DNA of 59,520 bases from Nocardioides sp. (GCA_051657765.1 JBOFLH010000671.1:1-59520), one strand, 5' to 3'. Positions 47,598-57,421 are shown, numbered from the stretch's first letter. Numbers and translations are program-made. The notes: a model not told the origin generated them from the sequence alone.

Positions 47598-47607
47598 GCT
47601 CGGGCGG

Positions 47608-47895
47608 ATGACCGATCTGCCGCCCGGCCGCGGGCCGTGGGGCGGCGTCGGTCAGCCGCGGCACGAGCTCTGGCAGAGAGCCCTCAACGACTCCTGGCCT
47701 CCGGACGCCCGGCATATCCGCGACCAGCCTGACCCGATTCTGTCCGGGCGCGGATCGTGTGGGAACGCGACGGCGAAGAGTGGGTCGATGGCGTCGCGCG
47801 GCGTTCGACTCGCGAGCACGTTCTCGTCGTGATCCCGGATGCCCGCGTCCGCGGCCTCGGGGTGTGGCTCGACCCTGCTGACGTACGCCGATGCT
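47608..47895 (+). pseudogene. Small Trp-rich protein with a frameshift near 47742
   Basis: TAGGCT -10-like hexamer 7 nt before the ATG; continues VRARIVWERDGEEW...VWLDPADVRR in another frame. Confidence 0.45.
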
Positions 47896-47917
47896 ATGTA
47901 GGCTCCCCGGGCCGCTT

Positions 47918-47937
47918 GTCTACGCATGTCTGTAGGC
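47918..47937 (+). promoter_or_regulatory. Class II element promoter (NERD/FtsK operon)
   Basis: GTCTACGCATGTCTGTAGGC-ATG. Confidence 0.75.
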
Positions 47938-48048
47938 ATGGACGAGAAGAACGAAGTCACCGAGTGGCTGCTGTCGGGCCGCCAGACCTGGGTCGGCGTT
48001 GCCGTCGTACTCATCGCGGTCGTATTCATGCTGGGGCTTGTGCTGTGA
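47938..48048 (+). CDS. 36-aa membrane microprotein
   Basis: MDEKNEVTEWLLSGRQTWVGVAVVLIAVVFMLGLVL; leaderless; GTGA coupling to the next gene. Confidence 0.65.
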   Translation: MDEKNEVTEWLLSGRQTWVGVAVVLIAVVFMLGLVL

Positions 48049-48635
48049 GAAGCCGGGTGATCGGCCGCGCTGGCACGGGCCTGGACGACGCCGCCTGGGC
48101 CGTCAACGCCGAGGTCGCCGCAATCGGCAAGGAGGGCGAGTTGGCGACCGCGCGGGCCCTTGACGCCTATGCGGAGGCCGACCGCGGCCCGACGGTGCTG
48201 CACGACCTGCGGATCCCGATCTCGGGCTTCACCGCCAACATCGACCATGTGGTCGTTGCCGGCTCGAAGGTGTACTTGATCGATTCGAAGGTGTGGAGGC
48301 CGGCGATCTACTGGACATTCGGCGGGAAGACCCGCCGGGGCTGGTCACGGTTCGAGCCGGCGGACAAGAAGACGATGGAGATGGCGCGCGAGCACATCGA
48401 CCGTTTCCTGGCTGAGCATGGTGTCGTCGCGAGGTTTGCGACGCCGCTACTGGTGGTGTGGCCGTCTTCGACTAGAGGCTCGATGTCGGTCGGGTGGTAT
48501 CGGCCGCGGGGTGCTCGGGCGGTGACCGGTGTCGGCTTCAGTGGCTATGCCCGGAAACGGTTCTCGGCTGACGTCTTCTCGAAGTCCGCTGACCCCCGGA
48601 TCGTGCAGGCGCTGTCGAAGCTGGTGAATCGGTGA
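48045..48635 (+). CDS. NERD-domain nuclease-related protein
   Basis: GKEGE...LHDLRIP...NIDHVVV...LIDSK. Confidence 0.8.
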   Translation: MRSRVIGRAGTGLDDAAWAVNAEVAAIGKEGELATARALDAYAEADRGPTVLHDLRIPISGFTANIDHVVVAGSKVYLIDSKVWRPAIYWTFGGKTRRGWSRFEPADKKTMEMAREHIDRFLAEHGVVARFATPLLVVWPSSTRGSMSVGWYRPRGARAVTGVGFSGYARKRFSADVFSKSADPRIVQALSKLVNR

Positions 48636-51600
48636 CTCGTCGGGCGGCCGCGAAGCAGACTCCGCGTTCCGGGATGGTGGCACCGGCGATTGTCGCGGTG
48701 GGCGTCGTCGCTGCTGTGCCGGCCGCGTGGTTCGGTGGCGCGACGTTCATGGTTCTCTGGCTGGCGGCGGTGGCCGCGTCCTGGTCTGCCCCTCCGGTGG
48801 CGTTGACGGGCAAGAAGGACGCGCGGGGATATGCGACTCCGGCTGATGGCCGCGAGCTGGCGATGATGCAGAGATACCGGTTCTGGTCGGCGTTGAAGTG
48901 GGGTCTGGTGTTTCCAACTCGCTGGGCGCGGCCCGGCGTGCCGGCGTTCGTGGTGTCGAAGGCCCTCCGCCGCCGACCGACCGAGGAGTCGTCTGTTCTG
49001 GCCATCTGGATCTTCGGTGCATGGCTGGCCGCCATCGCATGGTTCGTGCCGCACATCTTCCCACAGGTGTCCTGGGTGGAGGCCCCGTTCGCGATGATCC
49101 TGGCCACCGAGGTGGCTGCCGCTCGACGTGCGACGGTAGTGGCCGATGACCGGTCCCCTGGCGTGCGGTTGAACACCCTGCGGCCGACGTTGACGTCGAG
49201 CTGGGTCCCCGGCGTGGTGGCCGGCGTGAGTGCGATCGCTGGGGCGGTGGCGGCCGGCTGGTTAGGCGGACCGGTCTGGTGGGCGCTGGGTGCGTTCGGT
49301 GGGGCCGGCCTCGGCCTTGCCCCTTGGTGGGTCGACCAGTCATTGCAGGGGTGGCGTGACCTCGGCGCGGCCCGGGTGGAGTGGGCTCCGCGCTGGCAGA
49401 TGCTGAAGCACGACCCGACACCTCGGCTGACCGCCCGAAAGCGGGTCGGGCCGGCGACCGTGGACACCTTCACCGCACCAGGCGGCACGGGCGCCGCCGG
49501 CTACTGGGCGCTGGCCCCAAAGATCACCCCGACCTTCGGCGGCGGGGTCGAGTTGGCGGTGCTATCGTGCCCGGCGACCAGCCCGAACCTGCCACCGATG
49601 CCCGGCACCAAGGACGCACTGGAGTTCCGAGTCGTCACCTGGTCGACCGGCGGGCTCCCCGACCTGACGGACCCTGGCCTCGACCCTGAAGTGGCAGCCC
49701 TATTCATCGAGTGCGCGCTGGTGTGGGCAGCCGATTCGCTCGGGTACGGCCGGCCGATCCTCGGTGAGGTGTTCGCGCTGGCTGAGGAGGGCACCGACAA
49801 ACAGGCGTTCGCGTTCAACGTGCACCTGCCGGACGGGCCACCGATGTCCTATATCCGGTCGTCGCTGCGCAAGCCCATCGCGACCTCGCTCAACACCGAA
49901 GTGCTGGTGGATCACCGTGCCGGGTTGATCTACGCGGGCGCCCTGACTGACGGCTCCACGTCGTTCTCAGCGGAGTCCCAGGTCACCCAGAAGGCCATGA
50001 CCGACATGGCCACCGAAGACACCTGGAACGACCGGTGGGCAGCGGTCCTCAAGCAGGACGTGAACCCGCCGACGATCGAGCACGCGACCTATGCTGACGA
50101 CGCCTTGGCCAACGGCGCGCTGGTGCACCGCCAGGCGTTCAAGGTCCGTCAAGGCGTCGACCCCTACGATTTCTACGGCCTGGAGCCGAAGCTCAAGACC
50201 GTGCTCGCTGCGGCACCCTTCGTGGCGATCGGTGGCTGGTCGACCCAGGGCCGCGTCGGCGAGCGCCATCCGCTGGCGTTCACGGTGTACTGGTCGGCCG
50301 AGACCATCCCGATGTCGCCGACCCAGTTGCGTCCCGTCGGTGGCCAGGCTCCGCTGTGGGTGTTGAACGGTCAGGCGTCGGCGGCGTTCCGAGCGGCCCG
50401 GCTCGCCCAGCCGGAGGTCTACGATGTCCGATGCCTCACCGGCACGGCCTCGCGAGGCCACATCTGGCAGATGCGGCTGCGGCTGTACGGCGGGGTGACG
50501 CTCGACGACACTCGGCGGAAGTCAGAGACGATCCGGCAGGCCTGGGGTGTCGAATGGTTCCGGGTGGACACCGCCCCCGACGGCTGCGTCGTAGTGGCTG
50601 GCGTCTCGCCGACCGGGGCGACATTCGCCAACGCCCGCGACGAGGACTACTGCGTGCAGCTCGACTGGAACCAGTCCTTCATCGACGCCGGGGTGGTCGG
50701 CGTCGGCGGCCTCGCCCCGAAGCTGACGGCGGTGGACCGGCTACCGTTCAACGAGCGTGTCCACGTGCTCGACTTCGACCTGCCGTCGGGACTGTCGCCG
50801 ACCGAGGTGAAGGCGGCGCGCAAGAAGCTGGAGAACAGCTCGCGGAACGCCTTCGTGGAGGTGAAGCCCTCGCCGGACGGGAAGGCCGGGAACTTCCGGC
50901 TACTCGCGTGCGAAGTGAACCCGATGCCGGAAATGGCGCCGTTCGACTTCGGCCTGGAGCCGACCGATCACCGGATCCCGTTCGCCACCGGTCTGACCGG
51001 TGAACCCGTCACATACGACAACGCGAAGGACGCACACGTACTCGTAAGCGGAGCAGCCGGCGGCGGGAAGTCGATCCTGGTTCAGAACCTGGTCTACGGG
51101 GCGCTCATCCGAGGCTGGGACCTGTGGATCGCGGACCCGTCGAAGGGCGGTGTGGACTTCAACTTCGCCGGACCGTACGCGAAGGGTATGGCGACGACGG
51201 TGTGGCAGGCGAAGGGCATGGTCGCGGCCATCTACGCGGAGGTGACCCGGCGGAAGGGCATCAACTCGGCGCATAACTGCGGCAACTACCGGGACCTGCC
51301 GGACGACGTCCGCTACCCGCACGTGCTGGTGGTGCTCGATGAGTTCACGTCGATGATGATGCCGGAGCCGGTCCCGAAGGCGATGGACGATTCGCAGGAG
51401 ACGGCGGCGGCGATCGAGTCGGTGAAGGCGGTCAACGCGGCCCGGGCCTACATCGGCACCTACGTGGGCAAGATCGTCCGCGAGGCCCGCTCGACCGGCT
51501 TCACGGTGGTGCTCGCGACCCAGGCCTTGAAAGCCGACACGCTATCGAAGATCCCCGGCGCGAACGACCTGAAGGACAACATGTCGAGGATCATTGTCGG

Positions 51601-52117
51601 ACGGGCCAGCTTCGGTCAGTTGATGGCGGCGTTGAAGATGCCGACCGAGGTCCCTGAGCAGCCGGAATTGATCCCAGCGGGCCGCGGCATGTACGAGGGC
51701 AACGGCCGTTCGTCGGAGCTGATCCAGACCTGGTTCGAGGGCTCGCAGGCTGTGTTCGCCGAGCACCTAGCCGCACGCATCGAGCCGCTGGCCGACACCG
51801 AGAAGCTGAACATGTCGGGGTTCGCCGAGCCGGAACTGGAGTTCGACGGCGCGGTGCTGCCGGGGCAGGTCATCGCTCCCCCGGTTGAGCCGGCGACCGA
51901 GGTGGATCTGGGCGAGTTCTCGTTCTCGCTGGACGACCTGGAGCTGGAAGGCGATGCGGAAGACCCGTTCGGGCCGGCCCCGGCCTCGGCGTCTGACGAT
52001 GACCCGTTCGCCGATCAGCCGGGAGTGAACTTCATCTTTGGCCCTGACGACGACCCGTTCGCGTCGCCGCCACCGCCGGTACCCGTGTCTGTTCCGGACG
52101 ACGACCCCTTCGCCTGA
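48632..52117 (+). CDS. FtsK/SpoIIIE-domain membrane ATPase
   Basis: Several N-terminal TMs; HVLVSGAAGGGKS, ADPSKG, VLDEF, LATQ, GRG; acidic DDPF-repeat tail. Confidence 0.85.
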   Translation: MTRRAAAKQTPRSGMVAPAIVAVGVVAAVPAAWFGGATFMVLWLAAVAASWSAPPVALTGKKDARGYATPADGRELAMMQRYRFWSALKWGLVFPTRWARPGVPAFVVSKALRRRPTEESSVLAIWIFGAWLAAIAWFVPHIFPQVSWVEAPFAMILATEVAAARRATVVADDRSPGVRLNTLRPTLTSSWVPGVVAGVSAIAGAVAAGWLGGPVWWALGAFGGAGLGLAPWWVDQSLQGWRDLGAARVEWAPRWQMLKHDPTPRLTARKRVGPATVDTFTAPGGTGAAGYWALAPKITPTFGGGVELAVLSCPATSPNLPPMPGTKDALEFRVVTWSTGGLPDLTDPGLDPEVAALFIECALVWAADSLGYGRPILGEVFALAEEGTDKQAFAFNVHLPDGPPMSYIRSSLRKPIATSLNTEVLVDHRAGLIYAGALTDGSTSFSAESQVTQKAMTDMATEDTWNDRWAAVLKQDVNPPTIEHATYADDALANGALVHRQAFKVRQGVDPYDFYGLEPKLKTVLAAAPFVAIGGWSTQGRVGERHPLAFTVYWSAETIPMSPTQLRPVGGQAPLWVLNGQASAAFRAARLAQPEVYDVRCLTGTASRGHIWQMRLRLYGGVTLDDTRRKSETIRQAWGVEWFRVDTAPDGCVVVAGVSPTGATFANARDEDYCVQLDWNQSFIDAGVVGVGGLAPKLTAVDRLPFNERVHVLDFDLPSGLSPTEVKAARKKLENSSRNAFVEVKPSPDGKAGNFRLLACEVNPMPEMAPFDFGLEPTDHRIPFATGLTGEPVTYDNAKDAHVLVSGAAGGGKSILVQNLVYGALIRGWDLWIADPSKGGVDFNFAGPYAKGMATTVWQAKGMVAAIYAEVTRRKGINSAHNCGNYRDLPDDVRYPHVLVVLDEFTSMMMPEPVPKAMDDSQETAAAIESVKAVNAARAYIGTYVGKIVREARSTGFTVVLATQALKADTLSKIPGANDLKDNMSRIIVGRASFGQLMAALKMPTEVPEQPELIPAGRGMYEGNGRSSELIQTWFEGSQAVFAEHLAARIEPLADTEKLNMSGFAEPELEFDGAVLPGQVIAPPVEPATEVDLGEFSFSLDDLELEGDAEDPFGPAPASASDDDPFADQPGVNFIFGPDDDPFASPPPPVPVSVPDDDPFA

Positions 52118-52215
52118 CAGCGCGGCCGGTGGTGCCCGGCGAGCGCGCGACGGTCTCGGGCGGTTGGCCTGTTTGCCCAGACCGCGGCGTGGAGCGTCCC
52201 GCCTCTGCGCCGGCC

Positions 52216-52524
52216 TCAGCGGATCCGGATAACACTGCCGGCAGTGAACGAGATGTCGGCCAATCCGGCGTAGCCACGTGGGGAACGCGCATTGAGCTTG
52301 ACCCGGATCCCCGAGCGGTTCCCCTTTCCGAATGGAGCGGTAGCGGGCGAGCTTGATGATGTAGGCGGTTTGCTTCGCGGCCCAGTTCCGCCCTGCACCG
52401 AGAACTGGATCGCGGCCCGATAGCCCCAGGTGTAGGGCGCGGTGGCGGCGGCCTGGGCCGGTTCGATCGACCCAAGTGTGCCGATGAGCGCGGCGGCTAG
52501 TAGTGCTGCGATTCGAGTGTGCAT
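52216..52524 (-). CDS. Small secreted protein (possibly with compensating indels)
   Basis: AGAAGGAG RBS; signal peptide ending AQA. Confidence 0.55.
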   Translation of the reverse strand: MHTRIAALLAAALIGTLGSIEPAQAAATAPYTWGYRAAIQFSVQGGTGPRSKPPTSSSSPATAPFGKGNRSGIRVKLNARSPRGYAGLADISFTAGSVIRIR

Positions 52525-52577
52525 CCTCTCTCCTTCTGGACCCCCCCCCGCTGCTCCATATGCGGGGGCCCCCGGGG

Positions 52578-52612
52578 AGAGAAGACTCCCTCCGTCCGCA
52601 CACCGTGGTGGC
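52578..52612 (+). promoter_or_regulatory. Class I element promoter
   Basis: AGAGAA-N12-CCGCA-CACCGT-GGTGGC-ATG. Confidence 0.7.
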
Positions 52613-53109
52613 ATGGGTAAACGGAAGCCGGCCGCCGCTGTCGATAGTTCGCTCCGCCACGAGGACGGCCATCAGCTACTCGATGGGGCCCGCTGGCACA
52701 TCCCGGCGCCCGGCGACCCAGAGCGCTGCCTCGTGGCCGGCTGTGAGCGGGTAATGACACCACGCCCGGATCCGACCCTCGACTTCGATGACGACGAAGT
52801 CGAGGTCTTTCGGAACGACCAACACTTGGACCCCAGAGAGGTGCTCACGGCGGGCTGCGGATCGAGTTCGCCCAGCAGGACGACGAGCTATGGACCTGGG
52901 GCCTGAGGATGCGGCACTGCATCGCTGGCTACGCCAACGACATGCGGGCGGGGGCCTCGCTGCTCGGCGCCGTCTGGGCCGGCGACAAGCTGACCGGCAA
53001 CCTGTCGATCGACCTCCGGAGCGGTCGCGAGACACGCAGGCTCCGACTGGAGCAACTTCTCGGGTACAGGTACGTCTCGTTACCGGCAGGCGTTCAGGCT
53101 GACATCTGA
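52613..53109 (+). pseudogene. PcfJ-like domain protein, frameshifted near 52835
   Basis: ELWTWGLRMRHCIAGY matches the PcfJ-type L..(E/W)G..M.HC..Y pattern; leaderless start lies in another frame. Confidence 0.55.
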
Positions 53110-53737
53110 GAGCACCTGCGAGACGACCGGTGCGTACATCTGATCTCAGGGGTCGACGAACCTCCTGCCCCAGGGAGCGGCGGTCTCGGACTCTACCGGG
53201 GTGATTCACCCGAGGTTCGTGGCTCTTCGGTGGGGGGATTAGCCATCTCGGGCCCTTTCTGCCATAGGCCTTGATCGCGCTCGCTGCGGCTATAGCGCTT
53301 GCTGACCCAAAGTAAAAAATTTTCGTCAAGAAGGTCATGGAGCGGCAGGCGAGGTTCTGGGCTGGCCACCGCAGCTCGCACAGGGTCTTCTTCACCCGAT
53401 CCTGCCGGCTTCGGCTGCTCAGCCAGCATTTCGAAAGCTCTCGACATGCTGACTCCGTGAGCGTCGGCAAGTTCCGCGGCATCTGCGAAGAGTGCGTCAA
53501 CAATCGCGCTTGAGGTCGGAGGCCAGGAAGCAGGCCGTGGCTGGTTCGAGTCTTGCTCGCTCGGCTGGTCAAGAACCTCAGCTTCGACGATGTCTGACCT
53601 ATCCGACCCACGGACCAGTCGCTCAGCACGAAAGCGAGCCCGCAATACGCGGGAGGACTCCCCGGGGAGACGAACCGGGCCCCAACCCACCACTCGAATC
53701 GGTGCACGGCTCACGTTACGAGAGTACTCCGAACGAG

Positions 53738-54169
53738 CTAGAGCGAAAGAACGCCCATGACGCCCGCCGCGGTTGCCACGAGCACCTGGGCGCCAGCGAG
53801 CCGTCGTGCAAGGCTGACTACCCCCTCGTTCAAGAGCGCAGCCTGGATCTGCGCGGTTCGAAGCCCCGCTATCAACTCCTGATCGGACCAACCCTTTACG
53901 CTGGCTTCGATCACTATTGCCTCATGGTCAGCTTCAGCAAGCCGGTCCGCGACTATCGTCAACACGGCCAAGATTGCGGAGAGCCCAAGAAGGGACGTCG
54001 CCCTCGTCTCGGTCGGGCTGGTGCCTGCCGCCTGAAGCGCTGTTGCCACCACGGTCGCCGCGACCCCTGTAGCAAAAGTAGTGACGAGCTTGGTGGTCTC
54101 GACCTGGGCCCGCTGCCTAACCGCCACTCGCTCGACATGCCGCTCAAGCCAATCGGCAACCGGTGTCAT
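53738..54169 (-). CDS. Small multi-TM membrane protein
   Basis: Three hydrophobic segments; divergent from the AbiJ-like gene. Confidence 0.55.
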   Translation of the reverse strand: MTPVADWLERHVERVAVRQRAQVETTKLVTTFATGVAATVVATALQAAGTSPTETRATSLLGLSAILAVLTIVADRLAEADHEAIVIEASVKGWSDQELIAGLRTAQIQAALLNEGVVSLARRLAGAQVLVATAAGVMGVLSL

Positions 54170-54318
54170 GTCCGACATCCTGCCTCAGATGCGCGGAGGC
54201 CAAAGACTCAGCCAGCGCTTCGAGACCCGGCGCCGTCCTGCCGCCCGCTAGGGTCAGGAGCAGTCAGACTGGTGGGGTGAGCGTCTTCCCGACCGGTCCT
54301 TCCTCGTGGGGCTCGGCA

Positions 54319-55305
54319 TTGAACCCCGAGTCAAGACCGGCGAAGGTGTCCACACGCACGCTCCGGGCAGCCATCGAGGACGCGCTTATCTACTCGTTCA
54401 CCAGGACGAACCTGGAATTGGTGCTCGCCGAAGAACTCCAACTCACCTGGACCAACGAGGCCTACGACCCGTCCGAGGTCGAATCCAAGCGGGCGCTCAT
54501 CGACGGCTACATCCATCAGTGGCGGCTTCCGCAGCTCGTGGCGTTCGCCCGCCGGCTGGATGCCGAGGTCGAGATCTTGGAGCAACACGTCACTGGTCTG
54601 CGCCGCTACATCGACGCCTACGACCGGGGCGGCGGGGTCGAGGGGCCGACGAAGAACCTGATCTTCGCCGCGAATGGACCCAAGCCTGACATCGTCTTGC
54701 GTGACGCAGTGAACAACGACATCGAGATCGTTGCGAACGCCGAACACTGCTTGGTCTACGAGCAGCCCATCCCCGGAGAAGGCCTGCGGTTCTCCCACCT
54801 CATCCGGTGGTGGCGGGCTCGTGAAGGGTTCCCCAAGGACCTATTCGATGACCGAGCGGTCGGCCACAAACTGCATCAGCGTCTGGCGGCATCGTTGGAC
54901 AGCGAGGCGGAGAAGGTGGTCTTCGAGGCATACGCCCGCGGCTACAAGGCCTCGTACGAGATCCCGGCGCTAATCCCGCAGGTCTACCTGCACTACGACC
55001 CCTATGACCAGCGCACCCGACGGGCCCTGTCCAACGGCATGCCGCTTGCTCGTCAGCGGATGGACTTCCTTCTGCTTTTCAGCGACCGCCAGCGGGTAGT
55101 CATCGAAGTGGACGGCAAGCAGCACTACGCCAAGGGAGATCAGGCCAGCCCAGCGCTGTACTCCAAGATGGTCGCCGAGGACCGCCGCCTCCGGCTGGGC
55201 GGGTACGAGGTCTACCGCTTCGGCGGCTACGAGCTGACTCAGAAACAGAACAGCACGGCCATGGTTCAGGACTTCTTCGCTCAGCTCGCTGAAAGAATGA
55301 AGTAG
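54319..55305 (+). CDS. AbiJ N-terminal-domain-type protein with C-terminal DUF559/Vsr-like nuclease (putative anti-phage)
   Basis: KNLIFAANGPKPDIVLRDAVNNDI; PQVYLHYDP; RMDFLL...IEVDGKQHY; DRRLRLGGYEVYRF; start uncertain. Confidence 0.7.
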   Translation: MNPESRPAKVSTRTLRAAIEDALIYSFTRTNLELVLAEELQLTWTNEAYDPSEVESKRALIDGYIHQWRLPQLVAFARRLDAEVEILEQHVTGLRRYIDAYDRGGGVEGPTKNLIFAANGPKPDIVLRDAVNNDIEIVANAEHCLVYEQPIPGEGLRFSHLIRWWRAREGFPKDLFDDRAVGHKLHQRLAASLDSEAEKVVFEAYARGYKASYEIPALIPQVYLHYDPYDQRTRRALSNGMPLARQRMDFLLLFSDRQRVVIEVDGKQHYAKGDQASPALYSKMVAEDRRLRLGGYEVYRFGGYELTQKQNSTAMVQDFFAQLAERMK

Positions 55306-55702
55306 CACCTCGGGCGCGTCCGCTAGCCAGCGTTTCTATCGGCCGATCGGCCTATCGGGACGCTCCTGAGAACGAGACAGAGCGCCCAGCGTTCCGGCCT
55401 AGCGGCCTTGCCAGCTCGCAATCTAGGTGCTGTAGCCGAACGTTGCGGCTACGAAGAAGACGAGATCGACGATGGAGCGGTTTCGAGCCCCCGGCCAGGG
55501 TGGAGGGAGAGCCAGGGGCTGTCGGGGGCTGTCGCCGGTTCGGAGGTTCGGCGGCGCAGCGAGCTGCTCACGGTCGAGTATGACGTACGGGTCGGGAGCC
55601 TCTGCCCAGGTTCGCTGAAGGACCGCGCCAACCCTCCGGGTACCGACAGTGTGTGCCAATCCCGAGCCGCCGCGCAGTTCATGAGGCGGCGATGTGGAGA
55701 AT

Positions 55703-57421
55703 TCAGACGGCGTGGGGGTCGGTCCCCGCGACCCGCCACAGCGGTTGAACGGTGACCTGCGCGGGTCGATCCAGAGCATCGGCTGGGGCGGGGCAGGCGA
55801 GGGCGTTCTTGAGGTCGGTACTGGTTGCGCCGTGGCGTCCGGCTCGCATCGCGGCATCTCTCTCCAGACGCATCGCGAGGAGCATGAGGATTGATCCGAC
55901 ACCATGGGCCACCACTTCGCTGTCGCTCCGAAGCCAATCGACGAACGTGTCGAGAGCCTCGGCTGTGGCCAGCACCGCTGGTAGATCGATGACCATCGAC
56001 TGGCCGCCGAGCTCCCAAGTGCCCTCGATGTCGTCGGTCGTACCGGGGACTATGCGAAATTCGTTTGCTGGATACGGGTAGCGAGCCGTAGCGACAAGAA
56101 CATAGGTGCCCATGTCGCGGCTGGTTTCAACCTGGACTATTCCGACCGCACCTAGGTTGTACTCCCGGCCAGAAATGTCGATACCGAGTTCCTCCAGGGT
56201 CTCTCGGAGAACAGTCTTCATCGGGTCAGGAACCCCGTAGGCATCGACGTCAGCTGGAATGCCCTCCCGAGCGACAACCTCGCACGCTCCGCTCGCGGCT
56301 CCGGCGAACGTGCCACCGTGAGAGATCGCCTTGTTTCTCTGGACGAGAATGGCTCGGTCCATGTCGTCTATGAAGATGACGTTGACCGACAACAGCCGCG
56401 AGGCGTACGCAAAAAGGCCGCGTTGGTCGAAGTCGTACTCGCGCCACTGGGTTGCCCTGAAGGCGAAGAATGACGTCTCCGAGACACACAAGTGCAGGCG
56501 TTGGCGCCCACTGTAAGGGTCGACCTCGACCCGGAAACCCGGGCCATGGAGCCGACTCATGATTCCGTCGAATTCTCTGTGCGCTCTCCCCTGCTGCGCC
56601 GCGACCAGCTCGCGCTCGATATCGCCTTCCGTTCTGGGGACGACGCGTAGTTGGATCCCTTCGGGCACGTTCCGGGATCCCGGGCTGTCTGGAGTGACGA
56701 TGCGTTGTGGGACATAGGACACCGCGACCGCCGAGAAGTGCAATGGCGCGCGGCCTAGTGAAACATCGGGCCAGGTCACGAGTCGGACCCGATCGGGCTG
56801 AATCGTAGCCTGGCAGGTCACCCAACCCACCGTGCGGAGACCGGATGCGTCCTGCGCCTCAGGTGCCTGGACCTGCCGCGCACACGCCGCAAGAACGTCT
56901 GCGGCGCCAAGGGCGAGGCGGTATTCGTCTTGGACCAAAGGGCCAGCTGCCGACCGCAGGATCCACTTGCGACGAAGGAGACCCGCATAGGTGAGGTAAG
57001 CGGCCGAGAGCTGATCGAGAAGCTCCAGATGACCGGCGCTCGGCAAGTCGGCGAATGCCACCGGGAGTCGCACCGCATCGTCGATGCCGTGCTCGCTCTC
57101 GACTCCGCGGAAGTCGAGCAACACGCCGAGCCAGTTGATCTCCTCGACGACCTTGCTGTCAGTTCGGCTGAGGCGCCGGCGCAACAAGGAGACCGTGATG
57201 GAGTTGAACCTTCTGCGGCTTACTCGATGCCCACTCCGCGCAAGCGCCCGGCCGATGCTGCGTCGCCGTAGCGCGGTGAGCCTTCTGCTCTGGTAAAGCG
57301 CGGTGCCCGTGCCCAACGCAAGGAGGATGGCCGCAGCAGCCAGGACGGCGCCGACGATGTTGGCCCACGCGACTACCGTCTCGAAAGCTCCAAGATCGCT
57401 GGCCAACGGCTGGACGTGCAC
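55703..57421 (-). CDS. Membrane-anchored protein with C-terminal NUDIX-like domain
   Basis: N-terminal TM; ILVQR...SGACE...VLRETLEELG. Confidence 0.65.
   Translation of the reverse strand: MHVQPLASDLGAFETVVAWANIVGAVLAAAAILLALGTGTALYQSRRLTALRRRSIGRALARSGHRVSRRRFNSITVSLLRRRLSRTDSKVVEEINWLGVLLDFRGVESEHGIDDAVRLPVAFADLPSAGHLELLDQLSAAYLTYAGLLRRKWILRSAAGPLVQDEYRLALGAADVLAACARQVQAPEAQDASGLRTVGWVTCQATIQPDRVRLVTWPDVSLGRAPLHFSAVAVSYVPQRIVTPDSPGSRNVPEGIQLRVVPRTEGDIERELVAAQQGRAHREFDGIMSRLHGPGFRVEVDPYSGRQRLHLCVSETSFFAFRATQWREYDFDQRGLFAYASRLLSVNVIFIDDMDRAILVQRNKAISHGGTFAGAASGACEVVAREGIPADVDAYGVPDPMKTVLRETLEELGIDISGREYNLGAVGIVQVETSRDMGTYVLVATARYPYPANEFRIVPGTTDDIEGTWELGGQSMVIDLPAVLATAEALDTFVDWLRSDSEVVAHGVGSILMLLAMRLERDAAMRAGRHGATSTDLKNALACPAPADALDRPAQVTVQPLWRVAGTDPHAV

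Noticed and set aside
53193-53891. 232-aa minus-strand ORF
   Set aside because: Overlaps the 3-TM gene, has no clear start and no recognisable motif; part may be coding but I cannot support a call
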